DNA from: Eledone cirrhosa
Taxonomy: Eukaryota
NCBI GenBank assembly: GCA_964016885.1
Contig: OZ024744.1
Coordinates: 124,558,001-124,622,000 of the forward strand
Direction: 5' to 3'
Length of the DNA: 64,000 nucleotides
Shown: positions 45,705 through 61,122 of the stretch, piece after piece
How the letters are laid out: the number at the start of each line of letters is the position of its first letter
Position numbering within the stretch: the stretch's first letter is position 1
Made by a program: the position numbers and the translations under genes
The notes under the pieces: model-generated
What the model was told of the DNA's origin: nothing
The model's database searches: none
Seen by the model: only the letters and a program-made list of their open reading frames with translations

Positions 45705-48700
45705 AACCCCAACTTAACCTAACCCCAACTTAACTGAACCCCAACTTAACTTAACCCCAAATTAATTTAACCCCAGCTTAAATTAACCCCAACTTAATTT
45801 AACCCCAACTTAACTTAACCCCAACTTAACTTAAACCCAACTTAACTGAACCCCAACTTAGCTTATCCCCAACTTAACTTGTCCCCAACTTAACCTAACC
45901 CCAACTTAACTTAACCCCAACTTAACTTAGCCCCAACTTAACTTAACCCCAACTTAACTGATTCCCAACTTAACTTAAACTCAACTTAAATTAACCCCAA
46001 CTTAACTTAAACTCAACTTAACTAACCCCAACTTAACTTAACCCCAACTTAACTAAACCCCAACTTAACTTAACCCAAACTTAACTTAACCTCAACTTAA
46101 CTTAACCCCAACTTAACTCAGCCCCAACTTAAATTAGCCCCAACTTAAATTAACCCCAACTTAACTTAACCCCAACTTAACTTAACCCCAACTTAAGTTG
46201 ACCCCAACTTAAATTAACCCCAACTTAACTTAACCCCAACTTAACTTAACCCCAACTTAACTTAGCCCCAACTTAACTTAGCCCCAAATTAACTTAGCCC
46301 CAAATTAAATTAACCACAATTTAACTTAACCTCAAGTTAACCCCAAATTAACTTAACCCCAACTTAACTTAACCCCAACTTAACTTAACCCCAAATTAAC
46401 CCCAACTTAACTCAAACTCAACTTAACTTAACCCCAAGTTAACTTAACCCCAACTTAACTCAACCCCAACTTAATTAACCCCCACTTAACTTAGACCCAA
46501 TTTAACTTAACCCCAACTTAGCTTAACCCCAACTTAACTTAACCCGAACTTAAATTAACCCGAACTTAACTTAACCCCAACTTAACTTAACCCCAACTTA
46601 ACTTAACCCCAACTTAACTCAACCCCAACTTAACTCAACCCCAACTTAACTTAACCCCAACTTAACTTAACCCCAAGTTAACTTAACCTCAACTTAACTT
46701 AACCCCAACTTAACTTAACCCCAACTCGACTTAACCCCAACTTAACTTAACCCCAACTTAACATAACCCCAACTTAAATTAACCCTAACTTAACTTAACC
46801 CCAACTTAACTTAACCCCAACTTCACTCAACCCCAACTTAACTTACACCCAACTTAACTTAACCCCAACTTAAATTAACCCCAACTTAACTGAACCCCAT
46901 CTTAACTTAACCCCAACTTAAATTAACCCCAATTTAACTTAAACTCAACTTAACTAACCCCAACTTAACTTAACCGCAACTTAACTTAACCCCAACTTAA
47001 CTTAACCCCAACTTAACTTAAACCCAACTTAACTTAACCCCAACTTAAGTTATCCCCAACTTAACTTATCCCCTACTTAACCTAGCCCAAACTTAACTTA
47101 ACCCCAACTTAACTTAGCCCCAACTTAACTTAAACCCAACTTAAATTAACCCCAACTTAACTTAACCTCAACTTAAGTGAGACCCAACTTAACTTACGCC
47201 CAACTTAACTTAACACCAACTTAATTTAACCCCAACTTAACTTAGACCCAACTTAACTTAGCCCCAACTTAACTTAACCCCAACTTAACTTAGCCCTAAC
47301 TTAACTTAGCCCCAACTTAACTTAACCCCAACTTAACTCAAACCCAAGTTAACTAAACCTCAATTTAACTTAACCCCAACTTAACTCAACACCAACTTAA
47401 CTCAACCCCAACTTAACTCAAACCCAATTTAACTATATCCCAACTTAACTCAACCCCAACTTAACTTAACTCCAACTTAACTTAACCCTAACTTAACTTA
47501 ACACCGACTTAACTTAACCCCCACTTAACTTCACCCCAACTTAACTTAACCCCAACTTAACTTAACCCCAACTTAACTTAACCCCAACTTAACTTAACCC
47601 CAACTTAATTTAACCCCAACTTAACCCAAACTTAACTTAACCCCAACTTAACTGAACCACAACTTAACTTAACCCAAACTTAACTTAACCCCAACTTAAC
47701 TAAACCCCAACTTAACTTAACCCCAACTTAACTTAACCCTAACTTAACTTAACCCCAACTTAACTGAACCACAACTTAACTTAACCCAAACTTAACTTAA
47801 CCCCAACTTAACTAAACCCCAACTTAATTTAACCCCAACTTAACTTAACCCCAACTTAACATAACCCCAACTTAACTCAGCCCCAAATTAACTTAGCCCC
47901 AACTTAAATTATCCCCAACTTAACTTAACCCCAACTTAACTTAACCCCAACTTAAGTTGACCCCAACTTAAATTAACCCCAACTTAACTTAATCCCAACT
48001 TAACTTAACCCCAACTTAACTTAGCCCCAACTTAACTTAGCCCCAAATTAACTTAACCCCAAGTTAACTTAACCTCAACTTAACTTAACCCCAACTTAAC
48101 TTAACCCCAACTTAACCCCAAATTAACTTAACCCCAACTTAACTTAACCCCAACTTAACTTAACCCCAACTTAACCCCAACTTAACTCAAACTCAACTTA
48201 ACTTAACCCCAAGTTAACTTAACCCCAACTTAACTCAACCCCAATTTAAGTTAACCCCCACTTAACTTAGACCCAATTTAACTTAACCCCAACTTAACTT
48301 AACCCCAACTTAAATTAACCCCAACTTAACTTAACCCCAACTTAACTTAACCCCAACTTAACTTAACCCCAACTTAACTCAACCCCAACTTAACTCAACC
48401 CCAACTTAACTTAACCCCAACTTAACTTAACCCCAAGTTAACTTAACCTCAACTTAATTTAACCCCAACTTAACTTAACCCCAACTTAATTTAACCCCAA
48501 CTTAACTTAACTCCGACTTAACTTAACCCCAACTTAACTTAACCCCAACTTAATTAACCCCAACTTAATGTAACCCCAACTTAACTTAACCCCAACTTAA
48601 CTTAACCCCAACTCAACTTAGACCCAACTTAACTTAGCCCCAACTTAACTTAACCCCAACTTAAATTAGCCCTAATTTAACTTAGCCCCAACTTAACTTA

Positions 48701-49376
48701 AACCCAACTTAACTTAGCCCCAACTTAACTTAACCCCAACTTAACTTGACCCCAACTTAATTTAACCCCAACTTAATTTAACCCCAACTTAACTTAAACC
48801 CAACTTAACTTAACCCCAACTTAAATTAACCCCAACTGAACTTAACCCCAACTTAAATTAACCCCAACTTAACTTAACCCCAACTTAACTTAACCCCAAC
48901 TTAAATTAACCCCAACTTAACATAACCTCAACTTAAATTAACCCCAACTTAACTTAACCCCAACTTAACACCAACTTAACTTAACCCCAACTTAACTTAA
49001 CCCCAACTCTACTTAACCCCAACTTAACTTAACCCCAACTTAACATAACCCCAACTTAAATTAACCCTAACTTAACTTAACCCCAACTTAACTTAACCCC
49101 AACTTCACTCAACCCCAACTTAACTTACACCCAACTTAACTTAACCCCAACTTAATTTAACCCCAACTTAACTTAACCCCAACTTAACATAACCACCACT
49201 TAACTTAACCCCAACTTAACTCAACCCCAACTTAAATTAACCCTAACTTAACTTAACCCCAACTTAACTTAACCCCAACTTAATTTACCCCCAACTTAAC
49301 TTACCCCCAACTTAACTTAACCCCAACTTAAGTTAAGCCTAACTTAACTTAACCCCAACTTAACTTAACTCCGACT

Positions 49377-49576
49377 TTGGGGTTAAGTTAAGTTGGGGTT
49401 AAGTTAAGTTGGGGTTAAGTCAAGTTGGGGTTAAGTTAAGTTGGGGGTAAGTTAAGTTGGGTGTGAGTTAAGTCGGGGTTAAGTCAAGTTGGGGTTAAGT
49501 TAAGTTGGGGTTAAGTTAAGTTGGGGTTGAGTGAAGTTGGGGTTAAGTTAAGTTGGGGTTAAGTTAAGTTGGGGTT
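49377..49576 (+). repeat. Inverted module 3 (200 bp)
   Basis: Same two junctions; exit centre 49576/49577. Confidence 0.95.
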
Positions 49577-51901
49577 AACCCCAACTTAACCTAACCCCAA
49601 CTTAACTGAACCCCAACTTAACTTAACCCCAACTTAATTTAACCCCAGCTTAACTTAACCCCAACTTAAATTAACCCCAACTTAACTTAACCTCAACTTA
49701 AGTGTGACCCAACTTAACTTACGCCCAACTTAACTTAACACCAACTTAATTTAACCCCAACTTAACTTAGACCCAACTTAACTTAGCCCCAACTTAACTT
49801 AACCCCAACTTAACTTAGCCCTAACTTAACTTAGCCCCAACTTAACTTAACCCCAACTTAACTCAAACCCAAGTTAACTAAACCTCAATTTAACTTAACC
49901 CCAACTTAACTCAACACCAACTTAACTCAACCCCAACTTAACTCAAACCCAATTTAACTCAACCCCAACTTAACTCAACCCCAACTTAACTTAACCCCAA
50001 CTTAACTTAACCCTAACTTAACTTAACACCGACTTAACTTAACCCCCACTTAACTTCACCCCAACTTAACTTAACCCCAACTTAACTTAACCCCAACTTA
50101 ACTTAACCCCAACTTAACTTAACCCCAACTTAATTTAACCCCAACTTAACCCAAACTTAACTTAACCCCAACTTAACTGAACCACAACTTAACTTAACCC
50201 AAACTTAACTTAACCCCAACTTAACTAAACCCCAACTTAACTTAACCCCAACTTAACTTAACCCTAACTTAACTTAACCCCAACTTAACTGAACCACAAC
50301 TTAACTTAACCCAAACTTAACTTAACCCCAACTTAACTAAACCCCAACTTAACTGAACCCCAACTTAACTTAACCCCAACTTAACATAACCCCAACTTAA
50401 CTCAGCCCCAACTTAACTTAGCCCCAACTTAAATTAACCCCAACTTAACTTAACCCCAACTTAACTTAACCCCAACTTAAGTTGACCCCAACTTAAATTA
50501 ACCCCAACTTAACTTAACCCCAACTTAACTTAACCCCAACTTAACTTAGCCCCAACTTAACTTAGCCCCAAATTAACTTAACCCCAAGTTAACTTAACCT
50601 CAACTTAACTTAACCCCAACTTAACTTAACCCCAACTTAACCCCAAATTAACTTAACCCCAACTTAACTTAACCCCAACTTAACTTAACCCCAACTTAAC
50701 CCCAACTTAACTCAAACTCAACTTAACTTAACCCCAAGTTAACTTAACCCCAACTTAACTCAACCCCAATTTAAGTTAACCCCCACTTAAATTAGACCCA
50801 ATTTAACTTAACCCCAACTTAACTTAACCCGAACTTAAATTAACCCCAACTTAACTTAACCCCAACTTAACTTAACCCCAACTTAACTTAACCCCAACTT
50901 AACTCAACCCCAACTTAACTCAACCCCAACTTAACTTAACCCCAACTTAACTTAACCCCAAGTTAACTTAACCTCAACTTAATTTAACCCCAACTTAACT
51001 TAACCCCAACTTAATTTAACCCCAACTTAACTTAACTCCGACTTAACTTAACCCCAACTTAACTTAACCCCAACTTAATTAACCCCAACTTAATGTAACC
51101 CCAACTTAACTTAACCCCAACTTAACTTAACCCCAACTCAACTTAGACCCAACTTAACTTAGCCCCAACTTAACTTAACCCCAACTTAAATTAGCCCTAA
51201 TTTAACTTAGCCCCAACTTAACTTAAACCCAACTTAACTTAGCCCCAACTTAACTTAACCCCAACTTAACTTGACCCCAACTTAATTTAACCCCAACTTA
51301 ATTTAACCCCAACTTAACTTAAACCCAACTTAACTTAACCCCAACTTAAATTAACCCCAACTGAACTTAACCCCAACTTAAATTAACCCCAACTTAACTT
51401 AACCCCAACTTAACTTAACCCCAACTTAAATTAACCCCAACTTAACATAACCTCAACTTAAATTAACCCCAACTTAACTTAACCCCAACTTAACACCAAC
51501 TTAACTTAACCCCAACTTAACTTAACCCCAACTCTACTTAACCCCAACTTAACTTAACCCCAACTTAACATAACCCCAACTTAAATTAACCCTAACTTAA
51601 CTTAACCCCAACTTAACTTAACCCCAACTTCACTCAACCCCAACTTAACTTACACCCAACTTAACTTAACCCCAACTTAATTTAACCCCAACTTAACTTA
51701 ACCCCAACTTAACATAACCACCACTTAACTTAACCCCAACTTAACTCAACCCCAACTTAAATTAACCCTAACTTAACTTAACCCCAACTTAACTTAACCC
51801 CAACTTAATTTACCCCCAACTTAACTTACCCCCAACTTAACTTAACCCCAACTTAAGTTAAGCCTAACTTAACTTAACCCCAACTTAACTTAACTCCGAC
51901 T

Positions 51902-52101
51902 TTGGGGTTAAGTTAAGTTGGGGTTAAGTTAAGTTGGGGTTAAGTCAAGTTGGGGTTAAGTTAAGTTGGGGGTAAGTTAAGTTGGGTGTGAGTTGAGTCG
52001 GGGTTAAGTCAAGTTGGGGTTAAGTTAAGTTGGGGTTAAGTTAAGTTGGGGTTGAGTGAAGTTGGGGTTAAGTTAAGTTGGGGTTAAGTTAAGTTGGGGT
52101 T
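51902..52101 (+). repeat. Inverted module 4 (200 bp)
   Basis: Same two junctions; exit centre 52101/52102. Confidence 0.95.
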
Positions 52102-55100
52102 AACCCCAACTTAACCTAACCCCAACTTAACTGAACCCCAACTTAACTTAACCCCAACTTAATTTAACCCCAGCTTAACTTAACCCCAACTTAATTTAAC
52201 CCCAACTTAACTTAACCCCAACTTAACTTAAACCCAACTTAAATTAACCCCAACTTAGCTTATCCCCAACTTAACTTATCCCCAACTTAACCTAACCCCA
52301 ACTTAACTTAACCCCAACTTAACTTAACCCCAACTTAACTTAACCCCAACTTAACTGATTCCCAACTTAACTTAAACTCAACTTAAATTAACCCCAACTT
52401 AAGTTAAACCCAACTTAACATAACCCCAACTTAACTTAACCCCAACTTAAGTCAACCCCAACTTAACTTAACCCTAACTTAACTTAACCCCAAATTAACT
52501 TAACCCCAACTTAACTTAACCCCATCTTAACTTACCCCCAACTTAACTTACCACCAACTTACCTTACCCCCAACTTAACTTAACCCCAACTTAATTTAAA
52601 CCCAACTTAACTTAACCCCAACTTAACTTAACCCCATCTTAACTTATCCCCAACTTAACTTAAGCCCAACTTAAGTCAACCCCAACTTAACTCAACCCCA
52701 ACTTAATTAAACCCCAACTTAACTTAACCCCAACTTAACTTAAACCCAACTTAACTTAAACCCAACTTAAGTTAACCCCAACTTAACTTAACCCCAACTT
52801 CCCTCAACCCCAACTTAACTTAACCCCAACTTATCTTAACCCCAACTTAACTTAACCCCAACTTATCTTAACCCCAACTTAAATTAACTCCAACTTAAGT
52901 TACCCCCAACTTAACTTAACCCCAACTTAACTTAACCCCAACTTAGCTTATCCCCAACTTAACTTAACCCCAACTTAATATAACCCCAACTTAACTTAAC
53001 CCCAACTTAACACAACCCCAACTTAAATTAACCCCAACTTAACTTAACCCCAACTTAACTTAACCCCAACTTAATTAACCCCAACTTAATTTAACCCCAA
53101 CTTAACTTAACCCCAACTTAACTTAACCCTAACTCAACTTAGACCCAACTTAACTTAGCCCCAACTTAACTTAACCCCAACTTAACTTAGCCCTAACTTA
53201 ACTTAGTCCCAACTTAACTTAAACCCAACTTAACGTAAACCCAACTTAACTTAACCCCAACTTAACTTAACCCCAACTTAAATAACCCCAACTTAAATTA
53301 ACCCCAACTTAACTTAACCCCAACTTAACTTAACCCCAACTTAAAATAACCTCAACTTAAATTAACCCCAACTTAACTCAACCCCAACTAAACTTAACCC
53401 CGACTTAACTTAACCCCAACTTAACTTAACCCCAACTTAACTGAACCCCAACTTAACTTAACCCCAACTTCACTCAACCCCAACTTAACTTAACCCCAAC
53501 TTAACTTAACTCCAACTTAACTTAACCACAAAGTTAACTTAACCCCAATTTAAATTAACCCCAACTTATCTTAACCCCAACTTAACATAACCACCACTTA
53601 AATTAACCCCAACTTAACCCCAACTTAACTTAACCCCAACATAACACCAACTTAACTTAACCCCAACTTAAATTAACCCCAACTCTACTTAACCCCAACT
53701 TAACATAACCCCAACTTAACATAACCCCAACTTAAATTAACCCTAACTTAACTTAACCCCAACTTAATTTAACCCCAACTTAACTTAACCCCAACTTAAC
53801 TTAAACCCAAATTAAGTTAACCCCAACTTAACTTAACCCCAAATTAACTCAACCCCAACTTAACTCAACCCCAACTTAACTTAACCCCAACTTATCTTAA
53901 CCCCAACTTAACTTAACCCCAACTTAACTTAACCCCAACTTAACTTAACCCCAACTGAACATAACCACCTCTTAACTTAACCCCAACTTAACTCAACCCC
54001 AACTTAACTTAAACCCAACTTAACATAACCCCAACTTAACTTAACCCCAACTTAAGTCAACCCCAACTTAACTTAACCCTAACTTAACTTAACCCCAAAT
54101 TAACTTAACCCCAACTTAACTTAACCCCATCTTAAGTCAACCCTAACTTAACTTAACCCCAACTTAACCCAACTTAACTTAACCCCAACTTAACTTACCA
54201 CCAACTTAACTTACCCCCAACTTAACTTAACCCCAAAATAACTTAACCCCAACTTAACTTAACCCCATCTTAACTTACACCCAACTTAACTTACCCCCAA
54301 CTTAACTTACCCCCAACTTAACTTAACCCCAACTTAACTTAACCCCAACTTAAATTAACCCCAACTTAACTTAACCCCAACTTATCTTAACCCCAACTTA
54401 AATTAACCCCAACTTAATTTAACCCCAACTTAAATTAACCCCAACTTAACTTAACCCCAACTTAACTTAACCCCAACTTAACTTAACCCCAACTTAACTT
54501 AACCCCAACTTAACTTAACCGCAACTTAACTTAACCCCAACTTAACTTAACCCCAACTTAACTTAAACCCAACTTAACATAACCCCAACTTAACTTAACC
54601 CCAACTTAAGTCAACCCCAACTTAACTTAACCCTAACTTAACTTAACCCCAAATTAACTTAACCCCAACTTAACTTAACCCCATCTTAACTTACCCCCAA
54701 CTTAACTTACCACCAACTTACCTTACCCCCAACTTAACTTAACCCCAACTTAATTTAACCCCAACTTAACTTAACCCCAACTTAACTTAACACCATCTTA
54801 ACTTAACCCCAACTTAACCTAACCCCAACTTAACTTAACCCCAACTTCACTCAACCCCAACTTAACTTAACCCCAACTTAACTTAACTCCAACTTAACTT
54901 AACCACAAAGTTAACTTAACCCCAATTTAAATTAACCCCAACTTAACTTAACCCCAACTTAACATAACCACCACTTAACTTAACCCCAACTTAACCCCAA
55001 CTTAACTTAACCCCAACTTAACACCAACTTAACTTAACCCCAACTTAAATTAACCCCAACTCTACTTAACCCCAACTTAACGTACACCCAACTTAACTTA

Positions 55101-58100
55101 ACCCCAACTTAATTTAACCCCAACTTAACTTAACCCCAACTTAACTTAAACCCAAATTAAGTTAACCCCAACTTAACTTAACCCCAAATTAACTCAACCC
55201 CAACTTAACTCAACCCCAACTTAACTTAACCCCAACTTATCTTAACCCCAACTTAACTTAACCCCAACTTAACTTAACCCCAACTTAACTTAACCCCAAC
55301 TGAACATAACCGCCTCTTAACTTAACCCCAACTTAACTCAACCCCAACTTAACTTAACCCTAACTTAACTTAACCCCAACTTAACCCAACTTAACTTAAC
55401 CCCAACTTAACTTACCCCCAACTTAACTTACCACCAACTTAACTTACCCCCAACTTAACTTAACCCCAAAATAACTTAACCGCAACTTAACTTAACCCCA
55501 TCTTAACTTACACCCAACTTAACTTACCCCCAACTTAACTTACCCCCAACTTAACTTAACCCCAACTTAACTTAACCCCAACTTAAATTAACCCCAACTT
55601 AACTTAACCCCAACTTAAATTAACCCCAACTTAACTTAACCCCAACTTAACTTAACCCCAACTTAAAATAACCTCAACTTAAATTAACCCCAACTTAACT
55701 CAACCCCAACTTAACTTAACCCCGACTTAACTTAACCCCAACTTAACTTAACCCCAACTTAACTGAACCCCAACTTAACTTAACCCCAACTTCACTCAAC
55801 CCCAACTTAACTTAACCCCAACTTAACTTAACTCCAACTTAACTTAACCACAAAGTTAACTTAACCCCAATTTAAATTAACCCCAACTTATCTTAACCCC
55901 AACTTAACATAACCACCACTTAAATTAACCCCAACTTAACCCCAACTTAACTTAACCCCAACATAACACCAACTTAACTTAACCCCAACTTAAATTAACC
56001 CCAACTCTACTTAACCCCAACTTAACATAACCCCAACTTAACATAACCCCAACTTAAATTAACCCTAACTTAACTTAACCCCAACTTAATTTAACCCCAA
56101 CTTAACTTAACCCCAACTTAACTTAAACCCAAATTAAGTTAACCCCAACTTAACTTAAACCCAAATTAACTCAACCCCAACTTAACTCAACCCCAACTTA
56201 ACTTAACCCCAACTTATCTTAACCCCAACTTAACTTAACCCCAACTTAACTTAACCCCAACTTAACTTAACCCCAACTGAACATAACCACCTCTTAACTT
56301 AACCCCAACTTAACTCAACCCCAACTTAACTTAACCCTAACTTAACTTAACCCCAACTTAACCCAACTTAACTTAACCCCAACTTAACTTACCACCAACT
56401 TAACTTACCCCCAACTTAACTTAACCCCAAAATAACTTAACCCCAACTTAACTTAACCCCATCCTAACTTACACCCAACTTAACTTACCCCCAACTTAAC
56501 TTACCCCCAACTTAACTTAACCCCAACTTAACTTAACCCCAACTTAAATTAACCCCAACTTAACTTAACCCCAACTTAATTTAACCCCAACTTAACTTAA
56601 CCCCAACTTATCTGAACCCCAACTTAAATTAACCCCAACTTAATTTAACCCCAACTTAAATTAACCCCAACTTAACTTAACCCCAACTTAACTTAACCCC
56701 AACTTAACTTAACCCCAACTTAACTTAACCCCAACTTAACTTAACCGCAACTTAACTTAACCCCAACTTAACTTAACCCCAACTTAACTGAAACCCAACT
56801 TAACATAACCCCAACTTAACTTAACCCCAACTTAAGTCAACCCCAACTTAACTTAACCCTAACTTAACTTAACCCCAAATTAACTTAACCCCAACTTAAC
56901 TTAACCCCATCTTAACTTACCCCCAACTTAACTTACCACCAACTTACCTTACCCCCAACTTAACTTAACCCCAACTTAATTTAACCCCAACTTAACTTAA
57001 CCCCAACTTAACTTAACCCCATCTTAACTTAACCCCAACTTAACTTAACCCCAACTTAACTTATCCCCAACTTAACTCATCCCCAACTTAACCTAACCCC
57101 AACTTAACTTAACCCCAACTTCACTCAACCCCAACTTAACTTAACCCCAACTTAACTTAACTCCAACTTAACTTAACCACAAAGTTAACTTAACCCCAAT
57201 TTAAATTAACCCCAACTTAACATAACCACCACTTAACTTAACCCCAACTTAACCCCAACTTAACTTAACCCCAACTTAACACCAACTTAACTTAACCCCA
57301 ACTTAAATTAACCCCAACTCTACTTAACCCCAACTTAACGTACACCCAACTTAACTTAACCCCAACTTAATTTAACCCCAACTTAACTTAACCCCAACTT
57401 AACTTAAACCCAAATTAAGTTAACCCCAACTTAACTTAACCCCAAATTAACTCAACCCCAACTTAACTCAACCCCAACTTAACTTAACCCCAACTTATCT
57501 TAACCCCAACTTAACTTAACCCGAACTTAACTTAACCCCAACTTAACTTAACCCCAACTGAACATAACCGCCTCTTAACTTAACCCCAACTTAACTCAAC
57601 CCCAACTTAACTTAACCCTAACTTAACTTAACCCCAACTTAACCCAACTTAACTTAACCCCAACTTAACTTACCCCCAACTTAACTTACCACCAACTTAA
57701 CTTACCCCCAACTTAACTTAACCCCAAAATAACTTAACCCCAACTTAACTTAACCCCATCTTAACTTACACCCAACTTAACTTACCCCCAACTTAACTTA
57801 CCCCCAACTTAACTTAACCCCAACTTAAATTAACCCCAACTTAATTTAACCCCAACTTAACTTAACCCCAACTTATCTTAACCCCAACTTAAATTAACCC
57901 CAACTTAATTTAACCCCAACTTAACTTAACCCCAACTTAACTTAACTCCAACTTAACTTAACCCCAACTTAACTTAACCGCAACTTAACTTAACCCCAAC
58001 TTAACTTAACCCCAACTTAAGTTAAACCCAACTTAACATAACCCCAACTTAACTTAACCCCAACTTAAGTCAACCCCAACTTAACTTAACCCTAACTTAA

Positions 58101-58872
58101 CTTAACCCCAAATTAACTTAACCCCAACTTAACTTAACCCCATCTTAACTTACCCCCAACTTAACTTACCACCAACTTACCTTACCCCCAACTTAACTTA
58201 ACCCCAACTTAATTTAAACCCAACTTAACTTAACCCCAACTTAACTTAACCCCATCTTAACTTAACCCCAACTTAACTTAAGCCCAACTTAAGTCAACCC
58301 CAACTTAACTCAACCCCAACTTAATTAAACCCCAACTTAACTTAACCCCAACTTAACTTAAACCCAACTTAACTTAAACCCAACTTAAGTTAACCCCAAC
58401 TTAACTTAACCCCAACTTCCCTCAACCCCAACTTAACTTAACCCCAACTTAACTTAACCCCAACTTAACTTAACCACAAAGTTAACTTAACCCCAATTTA
58501 AATTAACCCCAACTTAAGTTAACCCCAACTTAACATAACCACCACTTAACTTAAACCCAACTTAACCCCAACTTAACTTAACCCCAACTTAACACCAACT
58601 TAACTTAACCCCAACTCTACTTAACCCCAACTTAACTTAACCCCAACTTCACTCAACCCCAACTTAACTTACACCCAACTTAACTTAACCCCAACTTAAT
58701 TTAACCATAACTTAACTTAACCCCAACTTAACATAACCACCACTTAACTTAACCCCAACTTAAGTTAACCCCAACTTAACTTACCCCCAACTTAACTTAC
58801 CCCCAACTTAACTTAAGCCCAACTTAAGTTAAGCCTAACTTAACTTAACCCCAACTTAACGTAACTCCGATT

Positions 58873-59167
58873 TTGGGGTTAAGTTAAGTTGGGGGTAAGT
58901 TAAGTTGGGTGTGAGTTAAGTTGGGGTTAAGTCAAGTTGGGATTAAGTTAAGTTGGGGTTAAGTTAAGTTGGGGTTAAGTTAAGTTGGGGTTAAGTTAAG
59001 TCGGGGTTAAGTTAAGTCGGGGTTAAGTTAAGTTAGGGTTAAGTTAAGTTGGGGTTAACTTAAGTTGGGGTTGAGTTAAGTTGGGGTTGAGTGAAGTTGG
59101 GGTTAAGTTAAGTTGGGGTTGAGTGAAGTTGGGGCTAAGTTAAGTTGGGGTTAGTTAAGTTGGGGTT
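58873..59167 (+). repeat. Inverted module 5 (295 bp)
   Basis: Entry AACTCCGATT|TTGGGG; exit GGGGTT|GACCCC, where an A>G breaks the palindrome centre. Confidence 0.95.
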
Positions 59168-60778
59168 GACCCCAACTTAACCTAACCCCAACTTAACTTA
59201 ACCCCAACTTAAGTTAACCCCAGCTTAACTTATCTCCAACTTAATTTAACCCCAACTTAACTTAACCCCAACTTAACTTAAACCCAACTTAACTTAACCC
59301 CAACTTAACTTATCCCCAACTTTACTTATCCCCAACTTAACCTAACCCCAACTTAACTTAACCCCAACTTAAATTAACCCCAACTTGACTTATCCCCAAC
59401 TTAACTGAACCCCAACTTAACTTAACCCCAACTTAAATTAACCCCAACTTAACTTAAACTAAACTTAACTAACCCCAACTTAACTTAACCCCCAACTTAA
59501 CTTAACCCCAACTTAACTTAACCACAACTTAACTTAAACCCAACTTAACTTAACCCCAACTTAACTTATCCCCAACTTAACTAATCCCCAACTTAACCTA
59601 ACCCAAACTTAACTTAACCCCAACTTAACTTAACCCCAACTTAATTTAACCCCAACTTAACTTAACCCCAGCTTAACATAAACCCAACTTAACTTAACCC
59701 CAAGTTAAATTATCCCCAACTTAACTTATCCCCAACTTAACCTAACCCCAACTTAACTTAAACCCAACTTAACTTAACCCCAACTTAATTTAACCCCAAC
59801 TTAACCTAACCCAAACTTAACCTAACCCCAACTTAACTTAACCCCAACTTAATTTAACCCCAACTTAACTTAACCCCAGCTTAACTTAAAGCCAACTTAA
59901 CTTAACCCCAACTTAACTTAACCCTAACTTAACTTAACACCGACTTAACTTAACCCCGACTTAACTTAACCCCAACTTAACTTAACCCCAACTTAACTTA
60001 ACCCCAACTTAACTTAACCCCAACTTAATTTAACCCCAAATTAACCCAAACTTAACTTAACCCCAACTTAACTGAACCACAACTTAACTTAACCCAAAAT
60101 TAACTTAACCCCAACTTAACTTAACCCCAACTTAACTTAACCCCAACTTAACTCAGCCCCAACTTAACTTAGCCCCAACTTAAATTAACCCCAACTTAAT
60201 TTAACCCCAACTCAACTTAACCCCAACTTAAGTTGACCCCAACTTAAATTAAACCCAACTTAACTTAACCCCAACTTAACTTAACCCCAACTTAACTTAG
60301 CCCCAACTTAACTTAGCCCCAACTTAACTTAGCCCCAACTTAACTTAACCACAACTTAACTTAACCTCAACTTAACCCCAACTTAACTTAACCCCAACTT
60401 AAATTAACCCCAACTTAACATAACCTCAACTTAAATTAACCCCAACTTAACTCAACCCCAACTTAACTTAACCCCGACTTAACTTAACCCCTACTTAACT
60501 TAACCCCAACTTAACACCAACTTAACTTAACCCCAACTTAACATAACCCCAACTTAAATTAACCCTAACTTAACTTAACCCCAACTTAACTTAACCCCAA
60601 CATCAGTCAACCCCAACTTAACTTACACCCAACTTAACTTAACCCCAACTTAATTTAACCCCAACTTAACTTAACCCCAACTTAACATAACCACCACTTA
60701 ACTTACCCCCAAATTAACTTAACCCCAACTTAAGTTAAGCCTAACTTAACTTAACCCCAACTTAACTTAACTCCGACT

Positions 60779-61122
60779 TTGGGGTTAAGTTAAGTTGGGG
60801 TTAAGTTAAGTTGGGGTTAAGTCAAGTTGGGGTTAAGTTAAGTTGGGGGTAAGTTAAGTTGGGTGTGAGTTAAGTTGGGGTTTATTCAAGTTGGGGTTAA
60901 GTTAAGTTGGGGTTAATTTAAGTTGGGATTAAGTTAAGTTGGGGTTAAGTTAAGTCGGGGTTAAGTTAAGTCGGGGTTGAGTTAAGTTAGGGTTAAGTTA
61001 AGTTGGGGTTAAGTTAAGTTGGGGTTGAGTTAAGTTGGGGTTGAGTGAAGTTGTGGTTAAGTTAAGTTGGGGTTGAGTGAAGTTGGGGTTAAGTTAAGTT
61101 GGGGTTAAGTTAAGTTGGGGTT
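60779..61122 (+). repeat. Inverted module 6 (344 bp)
   Basis: Same two junctions; exit centre 61122/61123. Confidence 0.95.

Larger units (their letters stand above)
47150..52180. repeat. 2525-bp tandem duplication in the 16-bp array
   Basis: Landmarks AAGTGAGACCC (47175) and AAGTGTGACCC (49700), and inverted modules at 49377 and 51902, share the offset 2525. Ends are approximate. Confidence 0.85.
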
